A stretch of DNA of 64,000 nt from Clostridiales bacterium. Its GTDB lineage: Bacteria > Bacillota > Clostridia > Christensenellales > UBA1242. The stretch's first letter is position 1; each line of letters starts with the position of its first letter. Position numbers and translations under genes: made by a program. Below the pieces are notes generated by a model, which was not told the DNA's origin, ran no database searches, and saw only the letters and a program-made list of their open reading frames with translations. The stretch lies in NCBI GenBank assembly GCA_918262735.1, contig CAKJYJ010000002.1:57226-121225 (forward strand). Direction: 5' to 3'. Shown one piece after another: positions 62,728 to 64,000 of this stretch.

Positions 62728-63534
62728 TTACATCTCTACACTAATCATTAATTCATGATTATATTCAATAAGTTTTTTATCTGTAAGATTTTTAATATCA
62801 AATATCGCACACTTAGGTAGTGGGAATATTTCAAGTTTATTATTTTTAACATGTCTTAACAATTTCCAAGGTGCATACCAAATCACATAGTCAACTTTAG
62901 ACTCTTTTATAATTTTTACAAATTTTTTATCAAGGCAAAATAAGTGAGGTTTGCAATTAGGTGTTATACTGCCTTCATTCCTTTCTCTATTTTTGTCATC
63001 AATATTAGAGACCTCAGTATATGCACAAGATTCATCACATATAAAGAATATTGTTTTAAATCCTGGGTGATTGGCTTGATATAAATCTAATTTATTTTCA
63101 TGCTCTTTGAAAACTCGTTCAAAGTTTTTATAATATCGCTCGAAATTATGATCTTCATTTGTAGGTAAACCAGATGATGCTACTACAAAACAATGAATAT
63201 CATCTCTTTCATTTCTATAATTGTCGCCCAAATAAGATTTAAGCAATTTCTCTTCTTTTTGACGAGTTAAATCAACTAATTTTCCTTTTTTATTTTTAAA
63301 TGTTGTATCATCAATTCGCATGACATCCATCATTAGTTTATGTTTATTATCATAAAAATCTGGCGGAGGATCGTTTTTCCCTGACGAATTGATCCATTCT
63401 TTTCTATTAAAAGCTCCAGTTAATGCACAATGAATCCATTTGCATTTCAAAAAATTTCCAAGTGGTAAAATTTCCTTGGATTTAACATTTCTAAACATTT
63501 CTAAAATCATAGATTCATTGTTAAAAGTTTGCAT
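62728..63534 (-). CDS. Hypothetical protein, possible PD-(D/E)xK-like nuclease
   Basis: PPPDF...MMDVMRIDD motif; immediately upstream of hsdM. Confidence 0.5.
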   Translation of the reverse strand: MQTFNNESMILEMFRNVKSKEILPLGNFLKCKWIHCALTGAFNRKEWINSSGKNDPPPDFYDNKHKLMMDVMRIDDTTFKNKKGKLVDLTRQKEEKLLKSYLGDNYRNERDDIHCFVVASSGLPTNEDHNFERYYKNFERVFKEHENKLDLYQANHPGFKTIFFICDESCAYTEVSNIDDKNRERNEGSITPNCKPHLFCLDKKFVKIIKESKVDYVIWYAPWKLLRHVKNNKLEIFPLPKCAIFDIKNLTDKKLIEYNHELMISVEM

Positions 63535-63548
63535 TATCACATCCTAAG

Positions 63549-63932
63549 TTAAATAAGTTTTAAAATAATTGTTGTTATTAATGTTGCTATTGCCACTCCT
63601 GCAGATATTAGCGCAATTATTAACATCTTTTTGTTGTATTTTTTACTTTGTTTTAATTCTTCTTTATTCTCTTCGAGTTCTTTGCTTTTTAACTCATATA
63701 AGTCATTAAGTTTTTTATAATTTGCTTCTGATTGTTTTAAGTTGCTTTGTAATATTTCAATTTGTTTGTTTTGAGTATTCAGATATTGTCTTTTTTCTTG
63801 TTCTTGTTCGTAAGCGATCGCTTGAGCCAACTTTTTATTTTTTTCATCTTGAATATATCCCGCCTGGGCAGAATTAACAAAATTATAATTTGTTTGACTA
63901 TCAATTATTTCTTTTATAGTTTCGTAGTTCAT
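63549..63932 (-). CDS. Coiled-coil protein with C-terminal TM anchor
   Basis: Gln/Glu/Lys heptads and a hydrophobic C-terminus. Confidence 0.65.
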   Translation of the reverse strand: MNYETIKEIIDSQTNYNFVNSAQAGYIQDEKNKKLAQAIAYEQEQEKRQYLNTQNKQIEILQSNLKQSEANYKKLNDLYELKSKELEENKEELKQSKKYNKKMLIIALISAGVAIATLITTIILKLI

Positions 63933-63943
63933 GATATCTCTCT

Positions 63944-64000
63944 TTATTTATTTTCTAATCTATCTCTTAATTCTGTTAAAACTTCACCATTGTACGAAAA
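63944..64000 (-). CDS. 3' end of an upstream ORF truncated by window edge
   Basis: Open frame FSYNGEVLTELRDRLENK* ending 11 nt before the next ATG. Confidence 0.4.
   Translation of the reverse strand, partial: FSYNGEVLTELRDRLENK

Overview
AT-rich bacterial chromosome segment whose gene content suggests a Clostridia-like firmicute (inference). Positions 1-49.8 kb are mostly housekeeping genes: fusA-tuf, secA, fhs, rpmH-rnpA-yidD-yidC-jag, nfnAB, ndk, greA, radC, dapA-aspartokinase-rimK and tRNA-fMet. This stretch also holds large surface proteins and an 8-gene methyltransferase/glycosyltransferase/kinase/cytidylyltransferase cluster (36-42.8 kb). From about 49.85 kb to the window end lies an integrated element. 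It appears to have split the host tRNA-Arg(CCT) at the anticodon loop and to carry a complete replacement tRNA-Arg. It also encodes a Kiwa-like pair, a tyrosine integrase with an inserted HTH, an excisionase, a cos-like GC-rich site, a wHTH/DnaA-N-like protein and a type I R-M system. The most unusual feature is a non-coding array (about 54.67-55.32 kb) of 11 palindromic 27-bp units. Each has 11-bp arms that co-vary unit by unit around a conserved CCATT core, repeating about every 56 bp. The array is punctuated by SD-ATG mini-starts and flanked by iteron-like repeats. All family calls come from motif recognition by eye; no database searches were run.
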